Source of the DNA: Candidatus Zixiibacteriota bacterium
GTDB taxonomy: Bacteria > Zixibacteria > MSB-5A5 > WJJR01
Length of the DNA: 50,215 nucleotides
Assembly: GCA_016235085.1 (NCBI GenBank)
Contig: JACRMA010000046.1
Span: 550 to 50,764 of the forward strand
Reading direction: 5' to 3'
Position numbers and translations under genes: made by a program. Every line of letters starts with the position of its first letter. Position 1 is the first letter of the stretch. The notes under the pieces were generated by a model. The model worked only from the letters and a program-made list of their open reading frames with translations, ran no database searches and was not told the origin of the DNA. Below are positions 47,180 to 50,215 of the stretch, one piece after another.

Positions 47180-48598
47180 ATGACGATCAGGGCAAGACAT
47201 TGTTTGGGATTGGGCGGCAGGGCGTTTACTGACACGCCCCCACCGGCCAGTCGCCGTCATGGCTCTGCTTTCCAGTCGTGCGCTGCCACGATTGTGGCCT
47301 CACTTTTGTCGTTGTCCGCGACACTGTCGGAAGCGCAGACCCCGCCGGCAGTGCCCGGACATGTTCCGCATCCCTCTTCCGTTGTCGTCGTTGCTCCCAA
47401 GGTCGCCGGCCAATCCGACTCGATCTACGCGACAGAAATTACGGTGGATGCAAGCGGCGCCACCGTCGTCGACCGTTCGGGACGCCGGCAGCATCTGGGA
47501 ACGGGCATGATCCGGATCGAGATACCGGACAACTTCCCGGACCTTAAAGGCGTGCCCGAACCCATGATTATCGGGCCGGTCGACATTCATCGCGATGATA
47601 TCATCCATTTGACATCGGATGTCACTGTTGCCGAGGACGAGATTATCCGGGGGGACGTCATCTGTGTTTTCGGCGGACAAGTCGACATCAAGGGGAAAGT
47701 GACGGGGAGCGCCGTTTCGGTGTTCGGCAGCGTCAACGTCGACGGCCAGGTTGGCGAAGATGCGGTCGCTCCGTTCGGTCAGGTTCACGTCGGGTCCGCC
47801 GGTTCTGTACGCAAGAATGTCATCGCGTCGGACATCGTGAAGGAACCGGGCGGACGCATTGGTGGAACGCGACAAGAAGTATTAGTCAACATCTTCGGCC
47901 GGCCGTGGGGCGTGACCCGTCTTGTGGACCCGGCCACTACCATGACCGTACTGGTTCTCCTGAACCTGCTATTCTGGACGTTTTTGGTTCTCCTGGCGCA
48001 CGCACTGGCCGCCCGGAACGTGGTGAAGGTTAAAGACAAGATCCAGAGTTCGTTCTTCAAATCATTCTTCATGGGGATTCTCGCCCAGCTTCTGGCGATT
48101 CCGGCGATCCTCCTTTTGCTGGTGACCATCATCGGCATCCCGGTCGTGATCTTCCTGGTGCCGCTCATGATTGCGGGAGCGATCGTGCTGGCACAGGCGG
48201 CCGTGGGGCTTCTGGTTGGCGAGAAGATCGATCAAAACGTGAGCCTGGGCTTGAAGACGCCGTTGGCCCGCACGGTCATGGGGTATCTCATCCTGCAGTC
48301 GATCTCATTGGTGGCGCTTGCGGCAACCTGGGCGGCCGGGAGTGATACCGGTACCGGACTGTTGCGTCTGATCGCGATTGCGCTCTTTGCATTGGCCATC
48401 CTGATCGCCTATGTAGTCGTTACGGTGGGATCAGGTGCTGTCATCATGACGCGTTTCGGCACACGCCCCAAAGATCCCGTACCGGTTCCCGCAACCGATC
48501 AGGTCCCGCCGGATACCGATCCGCGTGTCCGTCGCGGTGCTACACCACTGCCCCAACCTGGCACTGATTCCGCCGACACCGCACCTGCGGTGGGGTGA
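47180..48598 (+). CDS. Membrane protein with bactofilin-like (polymer-forming) beta-helix and multi-TM C-terminus
   Basis: Gly/Val repeats (IRGDVICVFGGQVDIKGKVTGSAVSVFGSVNVDGQVGEDAV), then TM helices with LLVTIIGIP. True start uncertain. Confidence 0.75.
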   Translation: MTIRARHCLGLGGRAFTDTPPPASRRHGSAFQSCAATIVASLLSLSATLSEAQTPPAVPGHVPHPSSVVVVAPKVAGQSDSIYATEITVDASGATVVDRSGRRQHLGTGMIRIEIPDNFPDLKGVPEPMIIGPVDIHRDDIIHLTSDVTVAEDEIIRGDVICVFGGQVDIKGKVTGSAVSVFGSVNVDGQVGEDAVAPFGQVHVGSAGSVRKNVIASDIVKEPGGRIGGTRQEVLVNIFGRPWGVTRLVDPATTMTVLVLLNLLFWTFLVLLAHALAARNVVKVKDKIQSSFFKSFFMGILAQLLAIPAILLLLVTIIGIPVVIFLVPLMIAGAIVLAQAAVGLLVGEKIDQNVSLGLKTPLARTVMGYLILQSISLVALAATWAAGSDTGTGLLRLIAIALFALAILIAYVVVTVGSGAVIMTRFGTRPKDPVPVPATDQVPPDTDPRVRRGATPLPQPGTDSADTAPAVG

Positions 48599-48610
48599 TG
48601 CCGGAAAGCG

Positions 48611-48652
48611 CCCTCACCCCTGACCCCTCCTCCCAAAAACGGGAGAGGGGAG
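48611..48652. repeat. REP-like element CCCTCACCCCTGACCCCTCCTCCC-N-GGGAGAGGGG
   Basis: Resembles the widespread CCCTCACCCC..CCCTCTCCC..GGGAGAGGG intergenic palindrome type; directly after a stop codon. Confidence 0.6.
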
Positions 48653-48679
48653 TCACTTGGCGCACGCGCGATGCGCTCG

Positions 48680-48759
48680 CTCCATGGCAGGTCGTCTTCG
48701 CTGAGTTTCTGTCGCCTCAAGACGAACAACTGGGAATACAATTCCAGCCTGCCTTGGAG
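48680..48759. other. Candidate structured RNA/ssDNA element (three-way junction)
   Basis: Closing stem CTCCATGGCAGG / CCTGCCTTGGAG enclosing hairpins TCGTCTT...AAGACGA and CTGGGA...TTCCAG. Confidence 0.4.
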
Positions 48760-48874
48760 AACCCCACCATCCGCTACATTGCCTTCGGCAACTCCGCTCC
48801 TGGTGGGCCACCGGTCGTATAATGTGATTGGCAATCGCCCCCCCACATCGCTGAACCGATTTTGAAGCTGCATT

Positions 48875-48906
48875 AAAAAACCCCGTCTCACTCGCGCGAG
48901 ACGGGG
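48875..48906 (-). terminator. Intrinsic terminator of rpoD
   Basis: Minus strand CCCCGTCTC-GCGCGAGT-GAGACGGGG followed by TTTTTT. Confidence 0.85.
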
Positions 48907-48940
48907 CTTGATGGCCTTCTGAGTTGTTGAACTGGACCGG

Positions 48941-49798
48941 TCAGTCCAGATAGGCGCGCAGAGATTTGCTGCGCGAGGCATGACGCAGACGGCGGATCGC
49001 CTTCTCCTTGATTTGCCGGACGCGCTCGCGGGTCAGGGAAAAGCGCACGCCGATCTCTTCGAGTGTGAGCGCCTTTTCGTGTGACAAGCCGAAATACAGA
49101 TTGATTACTTCGGCTTCGCGCGGTGTGAGAGTTTCGAGTGACTTTTCGATCTCAACGCGCAGCGACTCCTTGAGCAGCGATTCATCCGGTGCAGGCTGGA
49201 GCTCGTCTTCGAGGACATCGATCAGGCTGTTGTCCTCGGACGTGGAGAACGGCGCATCCAACGACAGATGCGTATTGGAGATTTTCAGCGTATCGGACAC
49301 CTCGGACTCGGAGAGTTCCAGTTCCTTGGCAATCTCCTCCGGCGACGGCTCGCGGCCATATTCCTGTTCGAGGGATGAGGCCACTTTGCCGATTTTGTGG
49401 AGCGTTCCGACCCGGTTGAGCGGGAGCCGCACGATGCGCGACTGCTCGGCCAACGCCTGCAGGATCGCCTGACGAATCCACCAGACCGCGTACGAGATGA
49501 ACTTGAATCCGCGCGTTTCATCGAAACGCTTGGCGGCTTTGATCAGTCCGATGTTGCCCTCATTGATCAAGTCGGCCAGGGACAGGCCCTGGTTCTGATA
49601 CTGTTTGGCAACGGACACGACAAAGCGCAGGTTCGCCTTGGTGAGTCTCTCGAGGGCGGTTTGATCGCCCTGCTTGATCCGCTTGGCCAGGGATACTTCC
49701 TCGGCCGCAGTCAAAAGCGGAGTCTACCCAATCTCCTTGAGGTACAGATCTAATGACCGGTCTTCGTCCCGGTACTTGCGAGAGGTTCTTACGCTCGT
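48941..49798 (-). CDS. rpoD: RpoD/SigA-family sigma factor (short form without region 1.1); in-frame TAG at 49724-49726 and ACG at the expected start
   Basis: [53 protein letters not shown]. The upstream in-frame sequence [20 protein letters not shown] is region 1.2. Confidence 0.9.
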
Positions 49799-49823
49799 AC
49801 CCGCATCCTCCTTGGCTTAAGGT

Positions 49824-50215
49824 TCACTTCTTGCGTTCCGGACGGACTGCGATGTAGCCGGTGTTGCCCCGACGGTCATAGACCAGGAGCGACACAGGCC
49901 GGGTGACATCACCCAGCTTCCTGACGACGTCCAGAAAGTCCGCACGGTTTTTGATTTCCGTATGATCAATCTCCGATATGATCATGCCAACACGAATGCC
50001 TTTGTCGTAAGCGGGGCCGGATCGGTCGGCTTCCGTTACAACCACTCCCGGATGAAATTCCGTTCCGTATTCCTCCGCCATGTCCTGCGTGGCGGTGGCC
50101 ACTTCCAGCCCGAGCCATTTTGGTGACTCCCTGACCGGTTCTGAATCCTCGGTGGCGGAGGCCGGCTGATACTTGCTGCGATCGTCGAGCGCGACGCTGA
50201 TGGTCTGCGGCGTTC
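49824..50215 (-). CDS. DegP/DegQ (HtrA) serine protease, C-terminal PDZ domain (partial)
   Basis: Frame open to the window edge: ...KWLGLEV...GVVVTEADRSGPAYDKGIRVGMIISEID...VSLLVYDRRGNTGYIAV. Confidence 0.8.
   Translation of the reverse strand, partial: TPQTISVALDDRSKYQPASATEDSEPVRESPKWLGLEVATATQDMAEEYGTEFHPGVVVTEADRSGPAYDKGIRVGMIISEIDHTEIKNRADFLDVVRKLGDVTRPVSLLVYDRRGNTGYIAVRPERKK

Noticed and set aside
48595-48822. 75-aa ORF overlapping the bactofilin-like gene stop
   Set aside because: It runs through a REP-like palindrome and a structured segment and has no recognisable motif; not fully excluded.
49724-49726. Genome-wide TAG reassignment suggested by the rpoD amber codon
   Set aside because: TAG ends gcvPB (13290), DUF3467 (25098) and DUF4097 (47169) at their expected C-termini, and I noticed no other in-frame TAG in a conserved gene.

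Overview
GC-rich bacterial chromosomal window, most likely from candidate phylum Zixibacteria (inferred from a secreted protein ending in a dockerin-like double EF-hand tail, a Ser/Thr kinase-TPR protein, a short RpoD and LPS genes). It is mostly minus-strand housekeeping genes: glycosyltransferases, a sugar aminotransferase, pyrR-pyrB-pyrC, gcvH-gcvPA-(thioredoxin/TPR)-gcvPB, accB/accC, pilT-like, hldA/hldC, tldD/tldE, lpxL/waaF, AsmA, M23, two ECF sigma factors, rpoD and degP. Accessory or unusual content: (1) a two-gene defence cassette, type IIG restriction-modification plus an Apea-like HEPN protein; (2) three SigW-type promoters (GAAAC-N16-CGTA) that link an ECF sigma operon to two distant uncharacterised secreted proteins, one with four copies of an unrecognised domain; (3) a PyrR-binding loop with no visible terminator; (4) two small proteins, one missed and one mis-started by the ORF track; (5) four REP-like palindrome types and several structured intergenic segments; (6) four apparently broken genes, including an in-frame TAG in rpoD, which may be sequencing or assembly errors. 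I saw no tRNA, rRNA, CRISPR array or transposase. All calls come from motif recognition by eye; no database searches were run.
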